From Marsupella aquatica (Eukaryota; Plantae; Marchantiophyta), in the NCBI GenBank assembly GCA_973895155.1, contig OZ316896.1:6686166-6750165 (forward strand): DNA of 64,000 nt, given 5' to 3'. Shown in pieces: positions 22,758 to 35,185 of the stretch. The translations under genes were made by a program, and so were the position numbers. Position 1 is the stretch's first letter. Each line of letters begins with the position of its first letter. The notes under the pieces were generated by a model. That model did not search any database. It saw only the letters and a program-made list of their open reading frames with translations, and had not been told where the DNA came from.

Positions 22758-24598
22758 GGATACCCTAAACCAGGCCCATGCAACAACCATTGAGCAAGAA
22801 GAAGCCGGCCCCATGGCTGCAGCCATTAGTGCGGAGGGAACCGTAGTACCATCCGCACCAACACCAATAGACCCTCTGGCTAGACGCCTCGGCCTTGCTA
22901 GCCATCCTGCCTTCGGGCTAGATGTGACCACCCCGGCCTCTTCCCGAGTAGAGGTCTGTCCTTGCCCGAACCCGAGTGGGCACAGCTTAGTAAACCCAAA
23001 AATCTTTGCACCGGGTACATATTTGAACGGGCTGCTCGGGGACTTCTCCCAACAGATTAGTCGAGAAATGGGGAGTTCATGGCCCGCAAGGTGGCCTATT
23101 TCTTCACCACGGAGCTGGTGGTAGCGGTGAAAGCAGGACGGGCCCAGACCAAAGCCACAACCAAGATTGAGCGGTATCGGGCCGAGGTAACCAAACTCTT
23201 GAACAAAGCCTCAGACCGGGATACCGAGTTACAACGCCTTCATCCTCAGCTTACAACCACTCTCGCCCAGCTCACCAACACTAAGGCCAGGTTAGCCTTG
23301 GCCGAGCAGGCTCGAGCCGGGAAAGACGCTGAAATTGCATGGCTCCGGGGCCAGATTGACAGCCTGAAGGGACAAGCTATAATCTGGTAGAAGGACGTGG
23401 AGGAGGTAAGGTTCAAGCTCAAAGGGATACCGCCAAGGTCGATGCACTGAAGATAGAGGTGGCACGTCTTCAACACGAGGCCGATGACCAGAACCAACTA
23501 GTGGCCCAGCTGACGAGCGACGGTCAGCAATTGGAATCTTGAGGCATGTCAGGAGGCCGTAGAGATTATGGGTGCCACGAAGAGGAGAATGAGTCTCTCC
23601 TGGACCAGGTCCAAATCCTCAAGCAGGACGTCGACCGGCTGAGGAGGCAATGGGATGGCCCATCCAAGTCTTACTCGGGCAAATCTAATAAACAAGCTAG
23701 ACATTAAGTGGCGCCGATAGTTTGGAGTAGAATAGGTTTTGCCGTAGAAGTAGGACGCTACCGACGAGCGCCAAAACTACTTAGAATGGCGCCGACCACC
23801 TTTTAGCATAGTATCTTTGGGTAACGACAAGCCGTTTTAGTGGACTGACGTTTAGCTAGGATTAACATAGGTTAGAATTTGAGTGTGTGACCATTCCTGG
23901 CCACGGCTCTTAGTTAGTATTTAGTGCATCCCCGGTAGAGGCAGCGGGGGGGGATTTTAGGTTCAGAACCGGGTGTCCACAGGATGTGCGGGGAGTCCCG
24001 GCCTTCTTGAATAGAAGTCCCAAGGATTGAGGGTACCACTAAGCTTGCTAGGCAAGTGCGAAGCTAGGCTTTGTTGTACTATACACCTCTTTGTTTTTGG
24101 CCTGAGTATTCAAAAGAAGTCGAGCCAACCGTGTATATGTGTATAACAGCTCCTGAAGTAAAGTCTTTTCCCCACCATTTTCTTCATGTAAATCAAGCGT
24201 GTATGTTGTGAATGTTGAGACAATTGTACATCTTGTATGCGGATAGAGAATGTTGGGCCGGACGCGCTATACGAGCCGTGCGCGGGGTGCAGGCTACGGA
24301 TAGTGGTTTTGGGCCCAGGTTAGCTGCCCTTATTATCAGACCCGGATCAAAGGCAAACAGTACAAAGGCTTAGAAGTCCTTAAACGGGGGTCGATCCAGC
24401 TATCGACTTGAGGTGCGTTCCGGTGGCGGAACACAAGTGATACCTATGATACGGGTAACAAGAATTTGGCATGTTTAGTGTCAAGTTAGAGGAATATGGT
24501 GCCGTACACATGTCCCTACTTGCCCGAACCTCAATACTAATGGAGTTTATGCCCGCCTAAGCCAAAATCCGAGTAAGGACAAAGCCTTCAACGTGACA

Positions 24599-26526
24599 AA
24601 GGACGAGATCGCCAGATTCTTCTTTGATGGTACAAAGTACCTCGGCTCATTCGGCTTCCAGACAAGGTCTTCACAATCCCAGGCACGATAGACTTGCAGC
24701 GGCACCACTTCGACCATGTTCCCGCCAAAGTTCAGGCTTCCATAGACTATCAATTTGGTAGTACGAATACGGGCGACTCATCTGTCTCAACATCACTCGG
24801 CTTCCCCTCAGACTTGCTGAATCCTATGGCGCCTCCTCCAGCTACAACCATCGCCAACTCATCGGCACCTTCACAGTCACCACCTCGGCCTCAGCCAAGC
24901 CGATCTCCACCATCGGTTGCACCACCCCTCCGGGTACAATCCATGGTAAATGCGGTGAACATCAGTTGCAAGGACAAGGAGGCTCATCCTCCCCTGAACC
25001 GGAGACCACGAGGGGCAGACCAACATGGGCCGGGTAACATGTTGCCACCCTCACAAGCCCGGACCCGAGAGAAGGTTCCGATCGATGACACGGTAACCGT
25101 AGCAACCCCGACACTAGTTCCGACGGTGGTCGCGCTACCCCTACCGGATAGGGAGGACGGGGAGATGTCCCCTTCTACAAGCCATCCCGGGAACAACTCT
25201 CGGGGATAGAAGAGGAAGGAACCGGTTGCAATATCCGGTCTACCCGTGGCCACCGTCACTGTGGCCAAATTGACCATGCATCGCATGGGAGAGAATGTTC
25301 ACAAGGACATCCTCCATCCAAAGCATGGGACGAACCTACAAACCCAAGGGTTCAAACATCTTGCCGCCCTCCCTTGGAACACTTGCAGGTACTACGGGCA
25401 AGACATGACGGAGTTCATCCAAAACTTCAATGAGCCCCAACAACAGACCCGTACGCACGGACGGGTGATGTCTTTGAGTGAGGAGCGGCTAAAGCTCATC
25501 TTTGGCTTACCCAAGGGAGTCACGGGCACGAGGTCCAAATCCTCAAGCAGGACGTCAACCGGCTGAGGAGGCAATGGGACGGCCAATCCAAGTCTCACTC
25601 GGGCAAATCTAATAAACGAGCTAGACATTAAGTGGCGCCAATAGTTTGGAGTAGCATAGGTTCCACCGTAGAAGTAGGACGCTACCGACGAGCGCCAAAA
25701 CTACTTAGAACGGCGCCAACCACCTTTTAGCATAGTATCTTAGGGTAACGACAAGCCGTTTTAGCGGACTGACGTTTAGCTAGGATTAACATAGGTTAGA
25801 ATTTGAGTGTGTGACCATTCCTGGCCACGGCTCTTAGTTAGTATTTAGTGCATCCCCGGTAGAGGCAGCGGGGGGGGGGATTTTAGGTTCAGAACCGGGT
25901 GTCCACAGGATGTGCGGGGAGTCCCGGCCTTCTTGAATAGAAGTCCCAAGGATTGAGGGTACGACTAAGCTTGCTAGGCAAGTGCGAAGCCAGGCTTCGT
26001 TGTACTGTACGCCTCTTTGTTTTTGGCCTGAGTATTCAAAAGAAGTCGAGTCAACCGTGTATATGTGTATAACGGCTCCTGAAGTAAAGTCTTTTCCCCA
26101 CCATTTTCTTCATGTAAATCAAGCGTGTATGTTGTGAATGTTGAGACAATTGTACATCTTGTATGCGGATAGAGAATGTTGGGCCGGACGTGCTATACGA
26201 GCCGTGCACGGGGTGTAGGCTGCGGATAGTGGTTTTGGGCCCAGGTTAGCTGCCCTTATTATCGGATCCAGATTGGAGGCAAACAGTACGAAGGCTTAGA
26301 AGTCCTTAAGCCGGGGTTGATTCAGCTATTGACTTGAGGTACGTTCCGGCGGCGGAACACAAATGATACCTATGATATGGGTAACAATAGAATTTGGCAC
26401 GTTTAGTGTCAAGTTAGTGGATTACGGTGCCGTACGGACGTCCCTCCTAGCCCGAACCTCAATATTAACAGAGTTTATGCCCGCCTAAGCCAAAATCCGA
26501 GTAAGGACGAAGCCTTCGGCGTCACA
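24599..26526 (+). mobile_element. second partial large gypsy LTR (copy D), internally deleted
   Basis: Homologous to ~10350-13710, then jumps near 25530 to ~23610-24598. Ends CGGCGTCACA, a perfect inverse of TGTGACGCCG at 9674. Confidence 0.88.
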
Positions 26527-27279
26527 AGTGGTCAATGAACTTTTTTGGTTTAGAATGAGACTTCAATTCAAATACTGTCTGCTTTCATATTATCTAAGTG
26601 TTGGTTTCCTTGTCAATATGGATGAAGTCGGTGTATCATGGAAGGCTAGCACCCTCGTTGACAACCCATGTGCTTGATCAAAATTATGAGAAATGCTTAG
26701 TTTGCTGTTGTGAAATCCTTGCTAGGCACTAAAATCCTTGCTAGGCACTAAATATGCCATTCAAAAAATGACATATCCCTCGCGAGCAAAAGCTCAGCTC
26801 ACTACCAATTTCTCCTGTTTCCTCGCATGGTACAAACCCCAGTATCCATCCTAGCTTCAGACAAAAACCAAGGACATGATGCTACATGAAATTAAGGGAC
26901 CCTACTTGGCCCTTCAATTTATATATGCTCACAAAAGAACAAAATGCCATCATGTAAATCCAAATAGACTACACATGGTCATTTTTTAGAGGACACAAGC
27001 AAAAGGGCCCAGCCAAAAGTAAGTGACCAATTAGCTTTGATTAACCATGGCATGTTGTCAGGGTAGGGCAATAAGTAACATGTAGCAAGGTTATTACTGC
27101 TAGTCTTTTCATAAACCCTTTAAGACTGCTTGTTATAATAGTTTTAATGTGAACCTTTGCAATGGTTCCAGTCATTTCAAGTTTTTTAAAGGACTTAATG
27201 AGCTTAGTCGTAAAGGGTTTGATCTAAATTTGCATGTTTTCTACTAGATATAGCTCCAGCACTGTCATTCCTAGATGGC

Positions 27280-28090
27280 AGGAGATACAAAGACGGGTGC
27301 AATACTCTACAACTTTGCAGATCACTCAGGGAGCACTTTATGAAGCACTGAATTCTGCTATCCACATCAACAAGAGGAAACCAGGTCGATTGTCCTGATC
27401 ATGGAATTGTGCTCTAGCATTTGGAAAGAGCCAAATGCGGCTACTTACTCTCAATTCCTTGGGACGTCTAAGATGGGTGGTCTTGTGCCAAACTGAAACA
27501 CATCTCAAAGCCATGATGGAAATGTGCCACTCTATGAAGAAAGGCAAACAGATTAGGAAACCATTGAACAACTCCAGGTTGTCCTCAAACCCTAGGAGAC
27601 TACAATTAGCCCTATTGCTATGGACACGCAAGATGAAAATAATTGCAGTGACCACCACCATAAGGAAGGAAAAACTTATGTCCAAGGACAGGTAAACTGA
27701 GAAGACGAGTGCACTAGGATGATGCATTGTAATCACCTGACCTGGAGTGGTGGATACCAGAATCAGACTAGCCTAGCCCTGGGTTTGGGGCTATGGGAAG
27801 GGGCAATTGTACAAGTAGGCTGCAATTTTTAGATAGTTCCAAAGGGCAGCAGAACATTAGGTGGAACATGATTCAGGATAACATTCAGCAGAGTAGAAGG
27901 AAGCCGGGTGGGAAGTCTTGGGGGCCATTATGGAGTGGCTGTTTTGGATTGTGTGGCATGATTAGTGTTTCGGTCCCATCTGCCCTTTGGTCCCCCGGGC
28001 ATGGCACCCTCTGTGTCCTTTGCTTGGGTGGTTTTTTCCCCCTTGTGTGGTATTGAGGCCCCACACCCCTTTTTATAAATAATAATTATA
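27280..28090 (+). mobile_element. degenerate LINE 3' end related to 18994-19661
   Basis: HINKRKPG / TETHLKAMM match HHQKKKPG / TEAHMKAMM; similar G/T-rich 3' UTR and A/T tail. Confidence 0.65.
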
Positions 28091-29073
28091 GAAAGGTCTT
28101 CCCAAAGAATGAGCAATCCAATGGCAAGCAACTCTAGAATACGCAATCACATTTGTTACTTTAGAAATATCAATCTCAAATCAAAATCAGGATAAGGGCT
28201 CACTCAAAGAAATCGCAGGTTTCAAGCATGAGGAGATGATCCTTCTTGAATCCGACCTTAGCAATGCAAGTTTGAATTGCCACCAAGGTCTAGTTTAGAC
28301 TTTGGTGAACTTATTATAGGAGTATAAAAAAGAGGCCACCGGTTGGGTCTCCTGACCACTATTGAGACCCACTGTTTCCGTATCCCCCAAACCATGTGGA
28401 GAAATTCACCGAGAGCTGTCACAGGCTGAGGCATTCTAGCCATCCATTTGCATCTCCCAGTAGTGCATTCTCGTTACCAGTCTTCCACTGCCCGCTTGTC
28501 CTTTATCATCATCAAACACTATAATAATATCGAATCTTGTCCTTAGCAATCGTAAATTTACAAAATGTCATGTGGGGATGAAGAAATCATGGCAGTTCTT
28601 TCAGAAAATGTTTTTCCAACACGTTTATCACCCTTCATTACCTCCCCCGTGCTAATCGTCACTTTCGTGCAACTCGTGGGCATTGGGCTCGTAGATTTGT
28701 GCGGCTCATGGGCAATGGGCTCGCCATGGTATAGTAGTAATCGCAGAACTACACAAAAAAACTACAAAAATACCACGGTAAGTGGACGAAGCAGATCGTA
28801 CGAAATCGGCGGAATGTGCTTGCTGGGGTTGAAGTTTAGCGTACACTAGCCAGAGAACACACCTCGGTAGGTGGACGAAGAAGATCTTAGTTACACGAGA
28901 GGACCACGGCGGAATGTGCTTTTGCGTCGATTGAGATTTGGCGTGCAGTATTTGTAAGAGAATCTGCCTAGCGACGAGGCTTTGCTTTCGGCCAAGAAGA
29001 TCCGAGAAGAGCAGAGCAGACAGGGCAGGGGTTGCGATCTGTTATCATTTCGTTGCAGCTGTTGTTCTTGGAG

Positions 29074-32000
29074 ATGGCCGCGTTTTCAGCTACGATCGTC
29101 GGTGCTTTTCTCGGATCAATTGCAGCGCGGCAGACCGCTGCAACCCAGGTGTGGATCTCGATCGGAGGCCTTAGCGAGCGCACTTTGAGAGGTTCGAGGA
29201 CTGTCCGGTGCCGTTCCCCCTTTTTCCATCTCAGCTGAGTTTCATTTGTCCGTGTTCACTGCCGTAGATGTGGTCATTCAATAGAAGCTTTTCTGTGGTC
29301 TGCGTGACAATAACGTTTGATCTAGAATGTACGGCGTTGTCATCTGTTGGAGCCTAGGGTTTTTCCAGCATAAAGCTATATGTGTTCTACTTGTTTGATA
29401 TCTGTGTTGGGCCGTGCGTACTGTATTAAAGAAATTTGTTTTCCAAGTGTTTCGTTTAAGACTGAACAGTGTCCTCGATAAAGCAACCATGATACGCCTT
29501 GGAAGCTTCAGAGGTGGAAGCCAGGTCCTGTGTACTTCTCTCGAGATTGCGGTGAAGGTTTCACGGAATGAGGACTGCTTCACTTGAGAGTTGACGATTT
29601 GAAGGCCAATTAGTGCATGCCATGTTAGTTTTTTTCCATGGTTTCCGTGAGGAGCGAGTGCACTTAACGCTGAGACCAGCTGTTGAATCCCGGAGATGAA
29701 AAGTAATAAGAAGGAGCAGAAACTAGCCTCTTACTCGCTGCTGCATTCTCGGGGGAGGTACATGGGATGTTGGGTTTATGTCTGTAGGTCAACTGGTTAG
29801 AAGTCCGTCTCCGTAATTTGGTTTTCTGGTTGCCAATTAAGTGATATCAGGGCGGAATGGCAAGGCGAGGAGCAAGTGCGTGGTGGTAACTGCAAAAGAG
29901 AGTTCTCGTGGCCGAGCTTCTGCCGGTCCTGCCATCACCAAAGACATCCCTGTTGTTATTGATGCGAATCCACCTCGTGGCACTCGTGACTTTCCGCCAC
30001 ATGAGATGCGCCTTCGATCATGGCTTTTTAACAACTTTCGGGAGGTGAGGGCTGTGGGTTCACTTGTATTGTTTCTTGGTATCTACGTGGCTCTGCCTAT
30101 AAGCGTATCCACACCTTTTGTTCCTCTGTGTTAATTTGTAAAGGTTTCTAAGGAAGTGCACTTCACAATGTGGTTTTCTTCTTTTCATTACAGTCGAATT
30201 TATATCTATTTCATCTCAAATTCTAGTTACTTCCAGCTCACCAACCAGCTGATTAGAGACTTGGAGCCAGGGTTCTGAACTTCGACTGCTGGTTGGTGTT
30301 TCTCTTGTGTCGGCAATAATTTACCAACTTTGCGATATTATCCAGAGAAGGAAACCTATTTTGGGATCTGCCCGTCCGAGCAAAACTTCTTGTAGGTTAG
30401 GATGACTTCGAGATTAGACGGAGAGCCTGCGAGATTAGATGGATCATCTTAGTGTAGAAAATATTCTGTGCAAAAACTGACAATGATGGTTGAGTGGATG
30501 AAGGTATCCAGGTTATTTGGTTTTGAAGAGATTGATTTCCCAGTGCTGGAGTCTGAAGAACTTTATGTCCGTAAAGCGGGGGAAGAAATCACCCAACAGG
30601 TTCGTTGGCCAATTCTCGTGGGTTGTCTGATGTGAAATGTTGTAGCTTGCGGAAACGTTCCTCTTTTCTTTACACAGCAATTTGGAATATTTTTCTTCTA
30701 GTCACTGAGTGGGAAATTTTCTGTTTGATAAGCTGATTGGCAGCTCTACAACTTTGAGGATAAGGGTGGTCGCAAAGTTGCACTGCGTCCAGAGCTTACG
30801 CCCTCACTCGCGCGTCTTGTTATACAGAAAGGGTTTGTTTGCTAATACCCTCTTTTTAAATTGTGAATAACGCCAGTGAAGCAGCTGTGAGAGGCGTTTT
30901 CATGGCTCTCATCAATCTCCGGGATATGAGGTAGATCTGTGCTCTACGTGGGATATACTATTAAAGATCTGCATTAAGGATGTGAGAACATGAATGTCAT
31001 TCGTTAAAACTTATATATCTAGGGCTGCAGGAAGTCATTATCCCTGCCACTCAAGTGGTTCGCTATCGGCCAATGCTGGCGATACGAGAGGATGACAAGA
31101 GGACGGAGACGAGAACACTATCAATGGAACATGGACATCATTGGTGTCCCTGGGGTAGAGGCAAGTATGTCCGTAGTTATTGAAGTATTGGAATTAAAGT
31201 GTAAGTTAATGACAAGATTGTTTTACCCGTTCTTCTGTTCTTTTGGAAATGCAAGGTTGTTGACTAGGTCTTAAATGCTCTTGCAGGCAGAAGCAGAACT
31301 GATGTCTGCAATAGTTTCCTTCTTCTCCAGACTTGGCATCACTTCGAAGGATGTGGGTTTCAGAGTCTCAAACCGTAAGGTCTGTACAATTTGCGATCTT
31401 GTCCTGTAGGCTGTAAGAGTGTTTCGATAACTATTATAACCAACCTATTCTAAATGTTGGAGTAGTTGTTGTGGTGACACGTAAATTATTACCAGTAAGC
31501 CTCGGTGAAACCAAGTTTGTGTTGATCTTTGGTCTGGATCTCTCAATTCAGATTAGTATCAATGGTCTCTATGTTTCATTTACATCCTTTGATTTAGTTA
31601 CAGTCAATTTTGTGTTAAGTGTGAATGTTCTTTTGTTTCCTTTTCTACCAAAAGTTTGTTTAGCATTATAGAAGTCACTAATCATATTGATTTGAGACAG
31701 TAATAACAATATACGGGGTTCCTTTGGGTTTGTACACCTGTGCAGGTTCTTCAAGCAATTATTGGTCGCTATAATATACCTGATAATTCCTTTGCTGCGG
31801 TTTGTGTTGTTGTTGACAAGGTCAGTGAAAGGTGGTAGTTTTCCTATGCTAAACCAAATTTGAAATCTTGACAATCTTTGTTTAGTTAAGAAGTCATGTA
31901 AAATACCCGTTTTTTGTGGTGGTTTATTTGCAGATGGAGAAGATACCAAGGTCAGAGGTGGAGAAGGAATTGACTGAATTGGGTGTCCCCGCAGAAGCAA

Positions 32001-33374
32001 TAGATGGGATCCTCCAAGCACTTGCCGTACGCTCACTTGAGGCTGTAGAAGGCATGCTTCTCTGCTTATGCTAACCCTGTTCAAATGGATATTAATGGGG
32101 GCTAAGCCTGCAATGTGCTGTTACTGGTGCTAATGCCGTGTTCGTCAGTTTCTCGTTCCTCTCCTTGACGTTTGGGTCAACCACGGCATTGTTTTGGGTC
32201 TCATGTTTTTACTGCTGTAGATGAGATGCTGATAGAGTTCCCTTTCTCACGTAGTAAATTTTGGTTGACCATCAGTGGTTTGTCTGAACAAAATAGCAAT
32301 CGGTATGGTCGGTACTGCAGTGCTTCTTGGGTCCGAGAATGAGGCAGTTATTGAACTGAAGCACTTATTTTCTCTTGCGGCTTCATACGGATATGACAGC
32401 TGGCTGCATTTTGATGCATCAGTTGTCAGAGGTCTTGCATACTACACCGGGACAGTTTTTGAGGTTTACATATTTCAATCTCCTTGTCGTATGCGCTTGG
32501 CCAAGTTTTTATCGTTTCTCTGTCTCAGATAACTCTAGGACTGGTCATCGAGTTTTAGGATTACAGTGCGTTTAACAATTATGTTGGTCTCGTTCTTTTG
32601 CAGGCATTTGATAGGGCTGGTAACCTGCGGGCTATTTGTGGAGGAGGTCGTTATGACAAGCTACTTTCCGCATTTGGAGGCTCTGACACTCCTGCCTGTG
32701 GATTTGGCTTTGGCGATGCTGTCATCATGGAGGTAATCACGCATACCTTATTCTATTAGAGAATATTTTCACAAGGGGAGAGCATCACTAATCAAATCTA
32801 TGTTGGGGATAGTCTTTATAAAGTTTGTCATCAATCTCCTGTCCCAGGAGGTCTTTGTTTACTTACGACATGTCAAGGTTGAATCTAATTTTATCCTTTT
32901 TGCTTTGTTCTTATGTCAGCTTCTGAAAGAGAGAGGATTGATGCCTGATTTGAGTCAGGAGGTGGATGACATTGTGCTTCCTATGGAAGAACAACTTCGT
33001 CCACAAGCCGCAATGGTGGCCGCACGACTGCGTGCCAGTGGACGCTCTGTAGACCTTGTCATGGAGAATAAGAAAATGAAATGGTAAGAAATAATGTCCG
33101 GATTTGACACTGAAGAGCAGCGACAACTGATGCTTCCTCACTTACAAGGAGAATGGGATAGTCCTGAGCTGTTAAATTCTAGCTTGCTTTGCTGCTCTTT
33201 ACTGATCATGACTTGCAATTCTGATGTAGGGCATTCAAGCATGCTGAGAGACTCCAAGCAAAGAGGTTGGTTTTAGTTGGAAGCACGGAGTGGGAGAAGG
33301 GAACAGTTAGAGTAAAGGACTTGGCATCGAGAGAGGAATCAGATCTGCCTATTGATAAAATAGGCACGTTCTAA
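29074..33374 (+). CDS. HisRS: histidine--tRNA ligase, organellar (chloroplast/mitochondrial) type, ~12 exons
   Basis: Exon peptides [77 protein letters not shown] and the anticodon-binding domain. Stop TAA at 33372-33374. Exon 1 and the start codon (transit peptide) are tentative. Confidence 0.95.
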
Positions 33375-34365
33375 CTTTTATTAGGGGCAGTTTCAGTATT
33401 GTTTAGCCTGATCTTGGAGTGTGCCACTGCAATAGCCCTGTGAACTTTGTCCAAAGAAAGTTCTTATGACGGTGACTCGAATTGTGTTAACATACGCAAC
33501 TGGAAAATCGAATCCAGTAAAATTTCAGTGAGATATCTGGCTAGAATAAACTATTTGCAAGCAGTGCGTGTGTAATTGCAAATAGTAGTGTTGCTGTACC
33601 GAGCTGATTACGGACTCCCATTGTTGAGCACTAGCAGTTTCCATGTCAAGCCTGTGCAGGCAGGGGAAGGGCACTCGTTTGGGAACTCAAAGCAACTGCA
33701 GTTGGATGTTGCGTATATAGGTAGGATCGAATAGATTCCAGAACATGCCTGGTTCCGGCAAGAAGGGTTTGACTCAACGTTTAGTCTTGTTTCAGATGAT
33801 TGAATGACTTTGAGACTTGCCTAGATATGATAAAAATAGAAATGTATAGCAACTCCAACATGTGCAACAGTTTACTTTAGCCGCAATAGATGGAGTATCG
33901 AAATCAGGCCTGTGACCATGACCTCGAATAGTATAGACGATCATATGGTGTTTTGTAAATGCATAGCTTTCTTATTTAATGAATTATCTGGACATCATGC
34001 ATAGAGAAACTCTCAAGTGACGTAAACAATCAAAGGATGTTACAGCTCTTGTAAACTGTAGCAGTCTGGACATCATCGACCCTAAAATCCTTCCTGAGTT
34101 CAACTGGTGATTCAATTTCAATCGTGCACACCATAGGCCGTCTCTCATTGTGAACCTTTTTCTTTACTGGACCAGTTATAGAGGGCCACAAATGTGTGAA
34201 GTCTGACTTTTTAAGAACCATCTGATATTTCATGTGACGCCAAAAATAGTCTACGATTTTCCTCCCCATGGGACGATCTCGTCTGAAGCTTAGATGTCAC
34301 GAAGACGATTTGGTGTAAACTCGGATAACACTTTCCTTAACTTGCGTTGGAGCCGTACAAATTTA

Positions 34366-34489
34366 GCTATACGGAACTATACTACGGAGTAAATCCAATA
34401 GACTATCATCAAGGAATAGAGATAGTCTCCTGGATGACAGTCTCCTGGATTTTACTCCGTATGATTGCTAAGCCCTAGTTCCGTAGAGC
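34366..34489. repeat. 124-bp imperfect nested palindrome (MITE-like or hairpin RNA)
   Basis: GCTATACGGAACTA / TAGTTCCGTAGAGC; TACGGAGTAAATCCA / TGGATTTTACTCCGTA; AGACTATC / GATAGTCT. Confidence 0.75.
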
Positions 34490-35185
34490 ATGTCCTTGCC
34501 ACCTCCTCATAGATCTCTTGCAATGTCAGATCATTTGTTTAGAACTACTCATAATTTTAAAGAGGATAATCAGTGGCCAATTTAGGATGATCTTGTTTCT
34601 CCCACTAGTCAAGCAATGTCGCACAAAGTATTTTCTTAAACACTAACTGGCTCAGAATCATTTTCCGCTTAACCCCTGGAAATTTTCAAATTTTGAATAT
34701 TCAATAAAGTTTCAAATTTCAAAATTCTTTGGCGTGTTGAACGTCTTATTAGAGGTCTTCTTGGGTCCCTTTCCCCTTCCTCTGCCCTCCCTTTATTAAG
34801 TTGTTTTGCTTTGCCCAAGGTACAAAAAGTACAACCACAAAGCGGGATGCCAATGCGACCCCGTGTCATTCCCCCCTTGAGTCCGCAAAAACTACTGTAG
34901 TAGTGGTCTCGTTATTTAGGCGGAGTTGAGAGAATCTGGTAACAGAAGGGAACTACCGTAGATCGATCCATATGATACAATTTCGAACTCCGGCTGTTTG
35001 TGGTTGTTCTCGGTAGGAAAGGAGCGCTCTGATTCTCCCGACGTGTGAATCCGAAGTATTTTCGTTTCTGTCAGCTCCGTCACGCCACTCTCTTTTCTTT
35101 GTGGAAAGGCTGAGAAGGACTGAAGTGAGGTAACCTTGATTGTAAATTGGAGTGGCAGAAATCATTGGTAACTGGCCTCGCAGAG

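Larger units (their letters stand above)
10063..23708 (+). pseudogene. LTR-internal ORF (Pro-rich region, EFxxNF...LIFGLP domain, C-terminal coiled coil), split by insertions
   Basis: ORF pieces 10063-10275, 13767-14111, 22813-23124 and 23079-23390, with paralogous pieces at 24694-25566 (+) and 39800-41500 (-). Confidence 0.7.
9674..24598 (+). mobile_element. 3' LTR of the gypsy element (copy C; ~4.0 kb after removing the nested LINE and copia)
   Basis: Starts TGTGACGCCG right after the purine-rich aagtagggag that follows the integrase stop; ends ...acgtgaca. Segments 9674-10817, 13226-14231 and 22763-24598 rejoin across TSDs. Confidence 0.75.

Noticed and set aside
31569-32084. 171-aa minus-strand ORF, and similar antisense ORFs over NDC1
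   Set aside because: Shadows of + strand exons and introns of conserved genes.
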